Source of the DNA: Candidatus Woesearchaeota archaeon
Lineage (GTDB): Archaea; Nanobdellota; Nanobdellia; SCGC-AAA011-G17; UBA489
NCBI GenBank assembly: GCA_964367375.1
Contig: CAYIXG010000001.1
Span: 3,905-67,904 of the forward strand
Reading direction: 5' to 3'
DNA: 64,000 nt
A program made the translations under genes and the position numbers. Positions 17,302 to 26,797 of this stretch are shown piece by piece (within the stretch, counting starts at the first letter, position 1; each line of letters begins with the position of its first letter). A model generated the notes under the pieces. That model searched no databases, had not been told where the DNA came from, and saw only the letters and a list, made by a program, of their open reading frames with translations.

Positions 17302-18161
17302 AAACTTCAATTTATGCAATTGATGGAAAGAAAGGAAGCACAATAGCATTGCCAGTGCAGTTTGCAGAGGAAGTGCGTCCTGATTTAATTCGGCGTGCAG
17401 TGGTGAGTATGCAAGCAAATGCGCGGCAGCCATATGGTGCGTTTCCAAAGGCTGGTCAGCGTCCATCTGCAGTCTTGTCCAGAAGAAGAAGAAAGTACAA
17501 GACATCATATGGGCATGGTATTTCAAGAGTGCCGAGAAAAGCATTATGGAAGCGAGGAAGGCAATTTGGATGGGTGGGCGCGTTTGCTCCGGGAATGGTG
17601 AAAGGAAGAAGAGCGCATCCTCCAAAAGCGCAGAAGATATTTGCAAAGAGTATTAATGAAGGGGAGAGAAGAAAGGCAATCAGGTCTGCGCTTGCAGCGT
17701 CAGTGAACATTGAATGGGTGAAGAATCGCGGTCATAAAGTGTCTGAGCTTCCCTCTGTTGTGGAAAAGAAAATGGAGAAAATCACGAAAACGAGCGAAGT
17801 CTATGAGGTGTTGCAACGATTGCAGTTAGGGCAAGAGCTTGATCGCGTTGCAGGAAGAAAAGTGCGTGCAGGAAAAGGAAAGCTTCGCGGAAGAAGGTAC
17901 AAGACAAAAAAAGGGCCATTAATTGTAGTTGCAGGAGCGTGTGCATTGTTAAAAGCGGCGCACAATATTCCAGGTGTGGATGTGTGTGCAGTGCACCAGG
18001 TGAATGCAGAGCGTCTAGCTCCAGGTGGAAATCCTGGGCGGCTTACTATTTACAGTGAAGATGCAATTGCTCGCTTGGAAAAGGAGCAGTTGTTCATGCA
18101 CAAGAAAAACAGGAGAGGAAAATTAGAACAGCGGAAGGACAAGGGAGAGACAAAGGAATAA
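17298..18161 (+). CDS. rpl4: 50S ribosomal protein L4 (L1e)
   Basis: MKTSIYAIDGKKGSTIALP... The ATG overlaps the rpl3 stop (ATGA). Confidence 0.9.
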   Translation: MKTSIYAIDGKKGSTIALPVQFAEEVRPDLIRRAVVSMQANARQPYGAFPKAGQRPSAVLSRRRRKYKTSYGHGISRVPRKALWKRGRQFGWVGAFAPGMVKGRRAHPPKAQKIFAKSINEGERRKAIRSALAASVNIEWVKNRGHKVSELPSVVEKKMEKITKTSEVYEVLQRLQLGQELDRVAGRKVRAGKGKLRGRRYKTKKGPLIVVAGACALLKAAHNIPGVDVCAVHQVNAERLAPGGNPGRLTIYSEDAIARLEKEQLFMHKKNRRGKLEQRKDKGETKE

Positions 18162-18164
18162 ACC

Positions 18165-18425
18165 ATGGATCCCTATATCGTTATTCACAATCCAATCACA
18201 ACAGAGAAGGCAGTCAGATTAATGGAATCTCAAAACAAGCTCGTGTTTATTGTTGATCAGAAAGCAACGCGCAATGATATTAAGAAGGCTGCAGAAGAAA
18301 TGTTTAAAATTAAAGTGCTGAAGGTAAATACATTAATTAATAGGTGGGGAAAGAAGAAGGCCTATGTAAAGCTTTCTCCGGAAACTCCGGCAATTGATGT
18401 GGCAACACAGCTCGGGTTGTTATAA
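18165..18425 (+). CDS. rpl23: 50S ribosomal protein L23
   Basis: 86 aa; [43 protein letters not shown]. Confidence 0.9.
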   Translation: MDPYIVIHNPITTEKAVRLMESQNKLVFIVDQKATRNDIKKAAEEMFKIKVLKVNTLINRWGKKKAYVKLSPETPAIDVATQLGLL

Positions 18426-18426
18426 A

Positions 18427-19152
18427 ATGGGAAAACGAATTATCTCGCAACGGCGCGGACGGGGAACATTTACTTACAGAGCGCCCTCCCATCACTATGT
18501 TGCAGCAGTGAAGCATCGGCAGTATGATGAGATTGAGCGGTCTGGCATGGTGAATGGAATTATTGTTGATTTGGTTGATTGCCCTGGACATTCTGCGCCA
18601 CTCGCGCAGGTGAAATATGAAAACAATGATAAAGGGTACATTTTTGCTGCAGAAGGAATGAAGATGCATGACACAATTGCAAGCGGTTTTAATGCCCCGG
18701 TAAAGGTTGGATGTACACTTCCGTTAAAGAAAATTCCTGAGGGGACGCACATTTACAATATTGAAGTGAGGCCTGAGGATAAGGGGAAGTTGGTGCGCGC
18801 GGGAGGAAGCTCAGCTCAAATAGTGGGAATAACAGAGCATGAAGTGACTGTGATGATGCCATCGCGAAAGAAAAAGGTGTTTCATCCCCTCTGCCGTGCA
18901 ACAATTGGGATCATTGCCGGATCAGGAAGGAAGGAAAAGCCGTTCATGAAGGCAGGAAAGAGGCATCATGCGATGCGTGCAACAGGAAAACTGTATCCAA
19001 GAACATCCGGTGTTGCGATGAACGCTGTTGATCATCCCTTTGGAAGTGGTCGTGGTCGACATGTCGGAAAACCAAAGACAGTATCGCGGCACGCTCCTCC
19101 GGGAAGAAAAGTAGGAAAGATTGCTGCACGAAGGACAGGAAGGAGAAGATAA
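18427..19152 (+). CDS. rpl2: 50S ribosomal protein L2
   Basis: MGKRIISQRRGRGT...GGRGRHVGKPKTVSRHAPPGRKVG. Confidence 0.9.
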   Translation: MGKRIISQRRGRGTFTYRAPSHHYVAAVKHRQYDEIERSGMVNGIIVDLVDCPGHSAPLAQVKYENNDKGYIFAAEGMKMHDTIASGFNAPVKVGCTLPLKKIPEGTHIYNIEVRPEDKGKLVRAGGSSAQIVGITEHEVTVMMPSRKKKVFHPLCRATIGIIAGSGRKEKPFMKAGKRHHAMRATGKLYPRTSGVAMNAVDHPFGSGRGRHVGKPKTVSRHAPPGRKVGKIAARRTGRRR

Positions 19153-19153
19153 G

Positions 19154-19558
19154 ATGGTCATAAAGCAGTTTTCATATCGGGGAAAAACATTGGAAGAATT
19201 GCAGAAGATGGATGTGAAAGAGTTCATGCAGTGTGTCACATCAAGGAAAAGAAGGACATTGAAGCGGAACATTGTCGAGCAGTACAAGCCACTAATTGAA
19301 AAAATAAGGAAGGCAAAGGCAGGATTAAGGAAGAAGCCGATTAAGACGCACGCGCGCGAGATGGTTGTCTTGCCAGAAATGGTGGGATTGACAATTCATG
19401 TGCATGCAGGAAAAGCGTTTGTTCCTATCATAATTACAGAAGAAATGATTGGATTGTTCCTCGGCGAGTTAACCATGACGCGATCAAGAGTTGAGCACTC
19501 TGCGCCAGGTATTGGTGCAACAAAGTCAAGTACCGCTGCGGCAACAAAGGCGAAGTAA
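19154..19558 (+). CDS. rps19: 30S ribosomal protein S19
   Basis: MVIKQFSYRGKTLEELQKM...GLTIHVHAGKAFVPIIITEEMIGLFLGE. Confidence 0.9.
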   Translation: MVIKQFSYRGKTLEELQKMDVKEFMQCVTSRKRRTLKRNIVEQYKPLIEKIRKAKAGLRKKPIKTHAREMVVLPEMVGLTIHVHAGKAFVPIIITEEMIGLFLGELTMTRSRVEHSAPGIGATKSSTAAATKAK

Positions 19559-19559
19559 C

Positions 19560-20084
19560 ATGGCTGAAAACGAACATACGGCATCAGTGTATGGGAAGAA
19601 TTTGCCTATTTCGACGAAGCAGACGCATGAAATTTGTAGTTTTATTAGAGGAAAGTCTATTGCAGCATCGAAGGCGTACTTGCAGCAGGTGATGGCAAAG
19701 CAAAAGGCAATTCCATTCAAGAAGTTTAATCAGGATACAGGTCACAAGAGGACGATGGCTGCAGGAAGGTATCCTTTCAAAGCATCAAAGTACATGATTA
19801 AAATGTTGGAGTCTTTAGAAGCGAATGCAAGCAACAAGGGTTTAGACACGGATGCGTTGTATATTAAGACAATTATTTCAAACTGGGCTTCTCGACCCTT
19901 TCATTTTGGAAGAAAGAGGAGAGTGAAGATGCGGAGGACGCACGTGCAGATTATTGCTGAGGAAAGAGAAAATAAAGAGAAAAAGCGTGCGCCACCTCAG
20001 AAGAAAGCGCAGCCAGCACCACAAGTGCAAAAGCAGGAGCACAAGCAACAGGAAGCGACGCAGAAGGAGCAACAGAAAAAATGA
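19560..20084 (+). CDS. rpl22: 50S ribosomal protein L22 (Lys/Gln-rich C-terminal tail)
   Basis: MAENEHTASVYGKNLPISTKQTHEICSFIRGKSI..., followed by a ~50-aa low-complexity KQE tail. Confidence 0.85.
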   Translation: MAENEHTASVYGKNLPISTKQTHEICSFIRGKSIAASKAYLQQVMAKQKAIPFKKFNQDTGHKRTMAAGRYPFKASKYMIKMLESLEANASNKGLDTDALYIKTIISNWASRPFHFGRKRRVKMRRTHVQIIAEERENKEKKRAPPQKKAQPAPQVQKQEHKQQEATQKEQQKK

Positions 20085-20908
20085 TTGAGCGTCAATTTGT
20101 CTCTCAAAAATTGAAGGAGAAGCAGATTCAACAGTACATGGCAAAGACCTTGTCCAAGGCAGGGTATTCACATACGGAAATTAAAGTGACTCCTTTGGGA
20201 GAGAAGGTCATTATTTACACCACAAGGCCAGGAATTGTTGTCGGGAAGAAGGGCGAGAACATCAAGAAGTTGACTGCATACTTGAAGAGCAAGTTCAAGA
20301 TGGAGAATCCGCAGATTGAGGTGGGTGAGGTGCAAAACCCAATGCTTGATGGGCAGTATGTTGCTGATCGTATTGCATACAATCTTGAGCGGTTTGGTGC
20401 AAAGCGTTTCAAGTCCATTGGATATAAGGTGTTGCAGGAAGTGATGAGTGCAGGAGCAACAGGTGTCGAGCTTGTAATTTCAGGAAAGGTGCCAAGTTCG
20501 CGTGCAAAGTCATGGCGTTTTTCCGCAGGCTATTTGAAGAAGTCAGGAGACATTCATTATTCAAAGATAAAGAAGGTTATTGTTGAGGCAAATTTGAAGA
20601 TTGGAGTTATTGGAATCAAGTTGAGTATCATGACTCCAGATATTGAGCTTCCAGACAAGATGGTTATTATTGATGACAAGACAGTGAAGCTTGAGGAAGT
20701 GAAGCAAGAAAGTGCAGTTGTGGAGAAGAAAGAGGAAGCAATAATTGAGGTGAAGGAGTCTGCAGTGCAGGTTGTTGAAAAGCAGGAAGGGCAAGCAGAA
20801 GCAAAGCCAACAAAGAAGAGAGTAAAAAAATCAGAAGCTGAGCAGAAAGAGAAGAAGCCAAGAAAAACAAAGAAGGAGAAGGAAGATGGCACTGATTCGA
20901 AAGAGTGA
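20081..20908 (+). CDS. rps3: 30S ribosomal protein S3 (KH domain; long K/E-rich C-terminal extension)
   Basis: MIERQFVSQKLKEKQIQQYM...VVGKKGENIKKL (KH), then a ~75-aa KE-rich tail. Confidence 0.9.
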   Translation: MIERQFVSQKLKEKQIQQYMAKTLSKAGYSHTEIKVTPLGEKVIIYTTRPGIVVGKKGENIKKLTAYLKSKFKMENPQIEVGEVQNPMLDGQYVADRIAYNLERFGAKRFKSIGYKVLQEVMSAGATGVELVISGKVPSSRAKSWRFSAGYLKKSGDIHYSKIKKVIVEANLKIGVIGIKLSIMTPDIELPDKMVIIDDKTVKLEEVKQESAVVEKKEEAIIEVKESAVQVVEKQEGQAEAKPTKKRVKKSEAEQKEKKPRKTKKEKEDGTDSKE

Positions 20909-21173
20909 ATTTCGGCAGATGACAGAAATGCAATTGAAAGAAAAGCTTGGAGAGTTGAGAAAGGAAATGCTCAAAATTAATGCGCAGCGTTCAACAAAAA
21001 CAACGCCGGAAAATCCAGGAAGGATCAAGGCAGTGCGGAAGACGATTGCGCGAATACTCACCGTTCAACACCAGATGAAAACAGCAAAGCCTCAACAGCA
21101 GCAACAGCAGAAAGAGAAGCGTGTTGAAGGAAAGAAAAAAGTGCAAGGAGGAAAGAAAACAAAGCATGAGTGA
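20886..21173 (+). CDS. rpl29: 50S ribosomal protein L29
   Basis: [35 protein letters not shown]. Confidence 0.85.
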   Translation: MALIRKSEFRQMTEMQLKEKLGELRKEMLKINAQRSTKTTPENPGRIKAVRKTIARILTVQHQMKTAKPQQQQQQKEKRVEGKKKVQGGKKTKHE

Positions 21174-21474
21174 AATATGCCCAAAATGCGGACTTGCAAA
21201 GGCGCTCTGCGTATGTGAAACCATTGCGAAAGAAGAGCAGAAGATTAAAGTGACTGCGATGAAGCGGAAGTTTGGAAAGATGACGACAGTGGTGACAGGG
21301 ATCAGCGCAAAGGATATCGATTTGAAGGATGTCGGAAAAAAGCTCAAATCAAAGCTTGCGTGTGGCGGCACGGTCAAGAACAATGCAATAGAATTGCAAG
21401 GTGACCACCGGCAGCAGGTAAAGGAAGAGCTTATAAAAATGGGTTTTTCCGCAGAATCGATAGAAGTGAAGTAA
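21166..21474 (+). CDS. Translation initiation factor SUI1 (aIF1)
   Basis: [18 protein letters not shown]..., with [20 protein letters not shown] and [18 protein letters not shown] of the SUI1 fold. Confidence 0.8.
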   Translation: MSEICPKCGLAKALCVCETIAKEEQKIKVTAMKRKFGKMTTVVTGISAKDIDLKDVGKKLKSKLACGGTVKNNAIELQGDHRQQVKEELIKMGFSAESIEVK

Positions 21475-21475
21475 C

Positions 21476-21736
21476 ATGCGGGTCAAGGACATCTTGAAGT
21501 GCGAGCTCATCGGGCTTGCAGTTGAGGTGGTCAGCGCAAAGAACCCGAGCCTGAATGGCATCCGTGGAAAAGTGGTGGACGAGACGAAGTACACGCTCGT
21601 CATTGAAACAGTGAGAGGCGTGAAGCGGCTCATCAAGAGCCAAGTCACGTTAAAAATGAACATGGAAGGAAAAACAGTTGAAGTGGAAGGGAGCGCCCTT
21701 GTGGGGCGTTCTGAAGAAAGGATAAAAAAACGATGA
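21476..21736 (+). CDS. rnp1: RNase P protein component 1 (Rpp29/Pop4 homologue)
   Basis: 86 aa; LIGLAVEVVSAKNPSLNGIRGKVVDETKYTLVIE (Sm-like barrel). It is in the conserved archaeal position between L29/SUI1 and S17. Confidence 0.7.
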   Translation: MRVKDILKCELIGLAVEVVSAKNPSLNGIRGKVVDETKYTLVIETVRGVKRLIKSQVTLKMNMEGKTVEVEGSALVGRSEERIKKR

Positions 21737-22089
21737 AAGCAGCAACACAGAAGAAGGAAGGAAAAAGTTCCAGTATTGGATTAGCAGTCGCTCTCCCTAC
21801 AAAAACGTGCAATGATAGGCATTGCCCTTTTCATGGCGGCTTAAAACTGCGGGGAAGAGTTTTTACAGGAAAAGTATTGAGGAATGTGTTTCATAGAACA
21901 GTAGCAATTGAGTTTGGCCGGCAAATTCTCTTGAAGAAGTATGAGCGTTTCGAGAAGCGAAAGACGAGGATTACTGCGCATGTTCCTGATTGTCTGGATG
22001 TGAAGAAGGGATCAATGATAAAGGTAGTGGAATCTCGTCCTATTTCAAAGACAAAGTCGTTCGTTGCTGTCGAGGTGATAAAGCAATGA
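21733..22089 (+). CDS. rps17: 30S ribosomal protein S17
   Basis: GRVFTGKVLRNVFHRTVAIEF...MIKVVESRPISKTKSFV. Confidence 0.85.
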   Translation: MKAATQKKEGKSSSIGLAVALPTKTCNDRHCPFHGGLKLRGRVFTGKVLRNVFHRTVAIEFGRQILLKKYERFEKRKTRITAHVPDCLDVKKGSMIKVVESRPISKTKSFVAVEVIKQ

Positions 22090-22487
22090 AAGCGTTGAAG
22101 GCGAGCATGTCAAAGCCCTTGGTGCATGGAAGCATTATCGAGGCATGTGATAATTCAGGAGCAAAGAAGTTGAAAGTGGTTTCAGTTAAAGGATCAAAGA
22201 CAGTGAAAGGCCGTTTTCCACAGTGCGGAATTGGTGATTTCATCATGGTGTCTGTGGTGAAAGGAAATCCAACAATGAGGAAGCAGGTTGTTCCTGCAAT
22301 TGTGGTGAGGCAGAAGAAAGAGTATCGGCGTCCTGATGGAACACGGGTGTCTTTTGAGGATAATGCAGCAGTTGTTCTCAAGGATGACAAGGGAAACCCA
22401 AAGGGGACTATTTTTAAGGGTCCTATTGCGAAGGAGGCTGCAGAGCGCTGGCCGGGAATTTCAAAGGTAGCGCACATGGTGGTGTAA
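22086..22487 (+). CDS. rpl14: 50S ribosomal protein L14
   Basis: MKALKASMSKPLVHGSIIEACDNSGAKKLKVVSV... The ATG overlaps the rps17 stop. Confidence 0.9.
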   Translation: MKALKASMSKPLVHGSIIEACDNSGAKKLKVVSVKGSKTVKGRFPQCGIGDFIMVSVVKGNPTMRKQVVPAIVVRQKKEYRRPDGTRVSFEDNAAVVLKDDKGNPKGTIFKGPIAKEAAERWPGISKVAHMVV

Positions 22488-22491
22488 GAGA

Positions 22492-22884
22492 ATGAAACAA
22501 ATATTTGTGAAGTCATGGAAGAAAAGTAAGCAGCCGAGAAAGCAGCGCAAGTATCAAGCGCACGCGCCGTTGCATATCAAGCAGAAGTTTATGGGGGCTC
22601 CGTTGTCAAAGGATTTGCAGAAGAAATACAAGATTAAAACAATAGGTGTGCGGAAAGATGACAAGGTGAAGATCATGCGAGGCCAGTTTAGGAAGCAGAC
22701 AGGGAAGGTCGTTGCAGTGTTGTTGAAGCGTTCACGGATGTTTGTAGAGGGGGCGCAGCGTGTCAAGCGTGATGGGACAAAAGTTTTTTACCCGTTGCAT
22801 CCTTCGAATGTGCAGATTATTGAGATGGTCACAACTGATAAGGAGAGGATGAAGAGGGCTGAACAAGGGAAGGAGAAGAAATAA
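22492..22884 (+). CDS. rpl24: 50S ribosomal protein L24 (KOW)
   Basis: KDDKVKIMRGQFRKQTGKVVAV (KOW motif). Confidence 0.85.
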   Translation: MKQIFVKSWKKSKQPRKQRKYQAHAPLHIKQKFMGAPLSKDLQKKYKIKTIGVRKDDKVKIMRGQFRKQTGKVVAVLLKRSRMFVEGAQRVKRDGTKVFYPLHPSNVQIIEMVTTDKERMKRAEQGKEKK

Positions 22885-22885
22885 G

Positions 22886-23563
22886 ATGGTTCATTTGAAA
22901 AGATTATCCACACCACGATCATGGCCGGTGAAGAGGAAAGAAAACACATACATTTCAAAGCCTTCACCAGGTCCGCATACGCAAAAAACAGCAATTGCAA
23001 TAAATGTTATATTAAGAGATATTCTTGAGTATTCTAAGACAGTACGCGAAACAAAGAAGGTGCTTCATGATAAGCAGGTGATGGTGAATGAAAGGATAGT
23101 GCAAGATCATCGTTTCCCCGTGGGTATTTTGGATCAGATTTCAATAGAGGCAATGAAGGAAACGTTTGTGTTGTTGTACAAAGAGAATGGTAAATTATTT
23201 TTGCAGAAGATGGGGAAGGAGAAGCATGATCGGGCGCTGAAGATTGTGAACAAGACAATTCTATCAAAGAATAGGGTTCAGCTGAACTTGTATGATGGGG
23301 AGAACATCATTGTTGATAAGGACACGTTTAAGGTGGGCGATAGCATTATTCTTGAGAATAAGAAAGTGAAGAAGCATTTAAAGTTTGAGAAAGGTGCGTT
23401 GGTGTATCTTGTTGGTGGAAAGCACATTGGGGCAATAGGGTCTCTTGAAGAGGTGAAGAAGACGCAAGGGTTTGAGAAGGAGAGAATTATTGTTGGGATG
23501 AAGAAGGAGAAGATTGAGACAGCAAAGGAGTATGCGTTTGTCATTGACAAGCCATTTGAATAA
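22886..23563 (+). CDS. rps4e: 30S ribosomal protein S4e
   Basis: MVHLKRLSTPRSWPVKRKENTYISKPSPGPH... Confidence 0.9.
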   Translation: MVHLKRLSTPRSWPVKRKENTYISKPSPGPHTQKTAIAINVILRDILEYSKTVRETKKVLHDKQVMVNERIVQDHRFPVGILDQISIEAMKETFVLLYKENGKLFLQKMGKEKHDRALKIVNKTILSKNRVQLNLYDGENIIVDKDTFKVGDSIILENKKVKKHLKFEKGALVYLVGGKHIGAIGSLEEVKKTQGFEKERIIVGMKKEKIETAKEYAFVIDKPFE

Positions 23564-24099
23564 TGATGAATCAACACGCGCAATTGCAGAAAGAGAATGT
23601 CATGCGAAAGATTCGCGTAGAGAAGATTAACCTCAATCTTGGTGTGGGTGGATCTGGAGATAAGCTGGACAAGGCGTTGAAACTGCTTGAGAAGATAACT
23701 GGCAGGAAGCCGGTTGCTGTTGCAACAAAAAAGAGAATTCCCACATGGGGTCTGCGCCCGGGGTTGCAGATTGGTGCTCGTGTCACGATGCGCGGGAAAA
23801 AAGCAGAAAGTCTTTTGGGAAACTTGTTGAAGGCTGTTGACAGCAAAATGAAGGAATCAAGCTTTGATGATGCAGGAAATGTTTCATTTGGAATTGCAGA
23901 GTATATTAATATTCCTGGGGTGAAGTATGATTCTGAAATAGGGATCATTGGTTTTGAAGTTGCAGTGACGTTGCAGCGCCCGGGATTTCGAGTGAAGAGG
24001 CGGAGAATGATGCAAAGAAAAGTAGGAAGGAAGCATAGGATCACTCATGCTGAGGCAATTGCATTCATGAAAGAAAGGTTTGGGGTGCATGTCGAATGA
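23563..24099 (+). CDS. rpl5: 50S ribosomal protein L5
   Basis: [25 protein letters not shown]...[12 protein letters not shown]. Confidence 0.9.
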   Translation: MMNQHAQLQKENVMRKIRVEKINLNLGVGGSGDKLDKALKLLEKITGRKPVAVATKKRIPTWGLRPGLQIGARVTMRGKKAESLLGNLLKAVDSKMKESSFDDAGNVSFGIAEYINIPGVKYDSEIGIIGFEVAVTLQRPGFRVKRRRMMQRKVGRKHRITHAEAIAFMKERFGVHVE

Positions 24100-24326
24100 C
24101 TACAAGTAGCTATACAAAGGTGTTCAAGCAGCTGAAGAGCAAGCCTGCAAAGTTGCTGAAGTTCAAGAAGCATAACGCTCCGAAGAAAAGGACGTGCGGA
24201 AAGGCGTTGCACAAGTGCAGGATGTGTGGGAGGGCTGGGGGCCACATCCAAAAATATGGCTTGAAGCTCTGTCGTCAGTGTTTTAGGGAAATTGCAAAGG
24301 ACATAGGATTCAAGAAGTATGCGTAG
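24096..24326 (+). CDS. rps14: 30S ribosomal protein S14 (Zn type)
   Basis: [32 protein letters not shown]. Confidence 0.9.
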   Translation: MTTSSYTKVFKQLKSKPAKLLKFKKHNAPKKRTCGKALHKCRMCGRAGGHIQKYGLKLCRQCFREIAKDIGFKKYA

Positions 24327-24337
24327 GAGAACAAACC

Positions 24338-24727
24338 ATGTTAAATGATCCATTAGCAAACGCGTTGAACATGATGATGAACGCGCAAAAGGCAGGAAAA
24401 TCGTTTTGTACAGTGAAGCCAATCTCAAAGATGATGATGAAAGTGCTTGATATCATGCATGATCATAAGTATATTGGAAAGGTTGAGGTTGTTGATGAGA
24501 GGCAAGGGAAAATGATTCGGGTTGAGTTATTGGGGAAGATTAACAATTGTGCGGTTGTGAAGCCTCGGTATTCGGTGAAGAAGGGAACGTACGAAAAATT
24601 TGAGGAAAGATATCTCCCTGCAAAGAATTTTGGGTTTTTGATTGTTTCAACGTCAAAGGAAATAATGACGCATCTTGAAGCAAAGGAAAAAGGATTGGGA
24701 GGAATGTTGCTGGCGTATGTCTACTAA
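24338..24727 (+). CDS. rps8: 30S ribosomal protein S8
   Basis: MLNDPLANALNMMMNAQKAGK...GGMLLAYVY. Confidence 0.9.
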   Translation: MLNDPLANALNMMMNAQKAGKSFCTVKPISKMMMKVLDIMHDHKYIGKVEVVDERQGKMIRVELLGKINNCAVVKPRYSVKKGTYEKFEERYLPAKNFGFLIVSTSKEIMTHLEAKEKGLGGMLLAYVY

Positions 24728-25280
24728 TAAAAAGAAGGAAAAAAGGATTGTGGAAAGCATAGATGTTCCTGAAGGATGTCAAGTGACGATACAGGAGAAT
24801 GTCATGAAAGTAAAGGGAAAATCTGGAGAGGTGCAGCGAATGCTGGCTGATCCTGAGGTGGAAATAGTTCAAAGAGAAAATGTGATTACGCTTTCATCTG
24901 AAAATGTTTCAAGAAATGGAAAGAGGATGCTGATGACTTTCCGAGCGCATATCAAGAATTTGATTCAGGGTGTGAATGAAAAGTTTGTGTACACGTTAAA
25001 GATATGTTCTGGCCATTTTCCCATGACTGTAAAAGTGGAGAAGAGTCAGGTGATGGTGTCTAACTTTTTAGGGGAGAAGATTCCAAGAAAGGCGAAGATT
25101 CTTCCGGGTGTTGATGTAAAGGTTGACAAAGAGATGATTACTGTTTCGTCATCAGATATTGAGGCTGCAGGGCAAACCGCTGCAAACATAGAGACAATGA
25201 CAAGAATTAGGAACAGAGATCGGAGGGTGTTTCAAGACGGATGTTATATTGTTGAGACGCCGAGGAAAAAGTTTATATGA
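24717..25280 (+). CDS. rpl6: 50S ribosomal protein L6
   Basis: Two L6 alpha/beta repeats (VTIQENVMKVKGKSGEV... and HFPMTVKVEKSQVMV...). Start at the internal ATG overlapping the rps8 end. Confidence 0.85.
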   Translation: MSTNKKKEKRIVESIDVPEGCQVTIQENVMKVKGKSGEVQRMLADPEVEIVQRENVITLSSENVSRNGKRMLMTFRAHIKNLIQGVNEKFVYTLKICSGHFPMTVKVEKSQVMVSNFLGEKIPRKAKILPGVDVKVDKEMITVSSSDIEAAGQTAANIETMTRIRNRDRRVFQDGCYIVETPRKKFI

Positions 25281-25849
25281 GCAGCTCTCCATCAGTATTG
25301 CAGTTGAGGAATGCATTAAAGAAAAAAAAGCCTGTCTTTCGAAAGACAGACGCGCACAAGTGCAAAAAGTTGGAGGCAAATTGGCGTCAGCCTCGAGGGA
25401 GGCATAGCAAGTATAGGTTGAAGTTGAAGTCTCGGCCGCGTCAGCCTTCGATAGGTTTTTCTTCGCCGAAAGAAGTCCGTTTTTTTACTGCTGATGGTTA
25501 TCCTCTGCTTCTCGTATATAACAGTGCAGACCTTGGGGGAGTAAAGACTCCTATTACTATTGCAAGTGGAGTGGGAACAAGAAAGCGAATAGAGATTATA
25601 AAGAAGGCAAAAGAATTGCACCTTTCCATTACAAATGTGAAGGATGGGGATGTGTTTGTGAAGAACGTTGAAGACATGTTGAAGCAGAAGAAGGAAAGGA
25701 AGAAGAAGGTTGCTGAGAAGAGGCAGCAATTGAAAGAGACTGCAGCGAAGAAAGAGGCAGAAAAGGAAGAGAAAGCAGAGCAGGAAACGGTTGAGGATCG
25801 TGAGAAGAGAGAAAAGGAGTTGAAGAGGAAGGTGCTGGAGCAAGGATGA
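25277..25849 (+). CDS. rpl32e: 50S ribosomal protein L32e (K/E-rich C-terminal tail)
   Basis: WRQPRGRHSKYRLKLKSRPRQPSIGF, then a ~70-aa KE-rich extension. Confidence 0.85.
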   Translation: MSSSPSVLQLRNALKKKKPVFRKTDAHKCKKLEANWRQPRGRHSKYRLKLKSRPRQPSIGFSSPKEVRFFTADGYPLLLVYNSADLGGVKTPITIASGVGTRKRIEIIKKAKELHLSITNVKDGDVFVKNVEDMLKQKKERKKKVAEKRQQLKETAAKKEAEKEEKAEQETVEDREKREKELKRKVLEQG

Positions 25850-26340
25850 AACTCACAACACAGCGAAGGATTGCCGCGCAGTTGTTGAAGTGCGGTGAAA
25901 AGAGAGTATGGTTTGATCCTGAAAGTTTGGCTGAAATTAAAGAGGCGATTACAAAGAATGATATAAGAAATATGATTAATCATAAAGCCATTCAAAAGAG
26001 GCACAAGACATCCATTTCAAGGTGTAGGGCGCGTCAGCACCTTGCGCAACGAAAGAAGGGAAGAAGGCAAGGCCAAGGATCAAGGAAAGGGACTGCGTCT
26101 GCACGGATGGAGTCAAAGAGAAAGTGGATTAATGCAATTCGGGCGCAGCGGCGATTGTTAAAATCATTGCGTGATCATGAAAAGATAGCTTTAAGAACGT
26201 ACCATAGTCTGTATGCAAAAGCGAAGGGTGGTTTTTTTAGAAGCAGAAAGCACATACAATTGTATTTGGAGGAACATGACTTAATATACCATGCCAAGAC
26301 TCAAGAAAAGGCGAAGTCTCCCGCTCCGAAGAAAGCGTGA
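25846..26340 (+). CDS. rpl19e: 50S ribosomal protein L19e
   Basis: MKLTTQRRIAAQLLKCGEKRVWFDPESLAEIKEAITKNDIRNMI. Confidence 0.85.
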   Translation: MKLTTQRRIAAQLLKCGEKRVWFDPESLAEIKEAITKNDIRNMINHKAIQKRHKTSISRCRARQHLAQRKKGRRQGQGSRKGTASARMESKRKWINAIRAQRRLLKSLRDHEKIALRTYHSLYAKAKGGFFRSRKHIQLYLEEHDLIYHAKTQEKAKSPAPKKA

Positions 26341-26797
26341 GGGTCGCACGGATTACAGGAAGCGGTTGCAGCTCCTTGTATCGAGGAAGCCCAGATTAGT
26401 AGTGAGAAAATCGTTGAAAAATGTGGGCATGCAGCTTGTTGAATATGGTGAGAAAGGTGATAAAATAATGGTGCATGCGTCAACGAAAGAGCTTGAGCAA
26501 AAATTTGGGTGGGTGGGTGCGAGAAGAAACACGCCTGCAGCGTATCTGACAGGATATTTAGTCGGGTTAAAAGCGAAGCAAAAGAAGATACTCGCAGCTG
26601 TTGCAGATTTAGGGTTGCAGCGTGCGGTGAATGGGGCAATCATTTTTGCTGCAGTGAAGGGTGTGAATGATGCTGGCGTTGCAGTTCCTCTTGGGAAGGA
26701 GATGTGTCCCAGTGATGATCGAATCAGCGGAAAGCATTTGAAGAATGTGAAGTTTGCTGAAGTGAAGCAAAAGATTGAGGCGGCTTTTAAAAAATGA
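26291..26797 (+). CDS. rpl18: 50S ribosomal protein L18 (L5e)
   Basis: RRKREGRTDYRKRLQLLVSRKPRLVVRKSLKNV. The start overlaps the rpl19e end. Confidence 0.85.
   Translation: MPRLKKRRSLPLRRKREGRTDYRKRLQLLVSRKPRLVVRKSLKNVGMQLVEYGEKGDKIMVHASTKELEQKFGWVGARRNTPAAYLTGYLVGLKAKQKKILAAVADLGLQRAVNGAIIFAAVKGVNDAGVAVPLGKEMCPSDDRISGKHLKNVKFAEVKQKIEAAFKK

Noticed and set aside
17017-17646. 209-aa minus-strand ORF across the rpl3/rpl4 junction
   Set aside because: It is antisense to two highly conserved ribosomal protein genes.
20557-21383. Several 77-130-aa minus-strand ORFs and apparent simple repeats in the S3/L29 region
   Set aside because: These are artefacts of the purine-rich (AAG/GAA)n coding sequence of the K/E-rich tails, and they are neither CRISPR nor a genuine repeat element. 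Spacing and repeat identity are irregular.
25316-26004. 175- and 168-aa minus-strand ORFs over rpl32e/rpl19e
   Set aside because: They are antisense shadows of low-complexity coding sequence.
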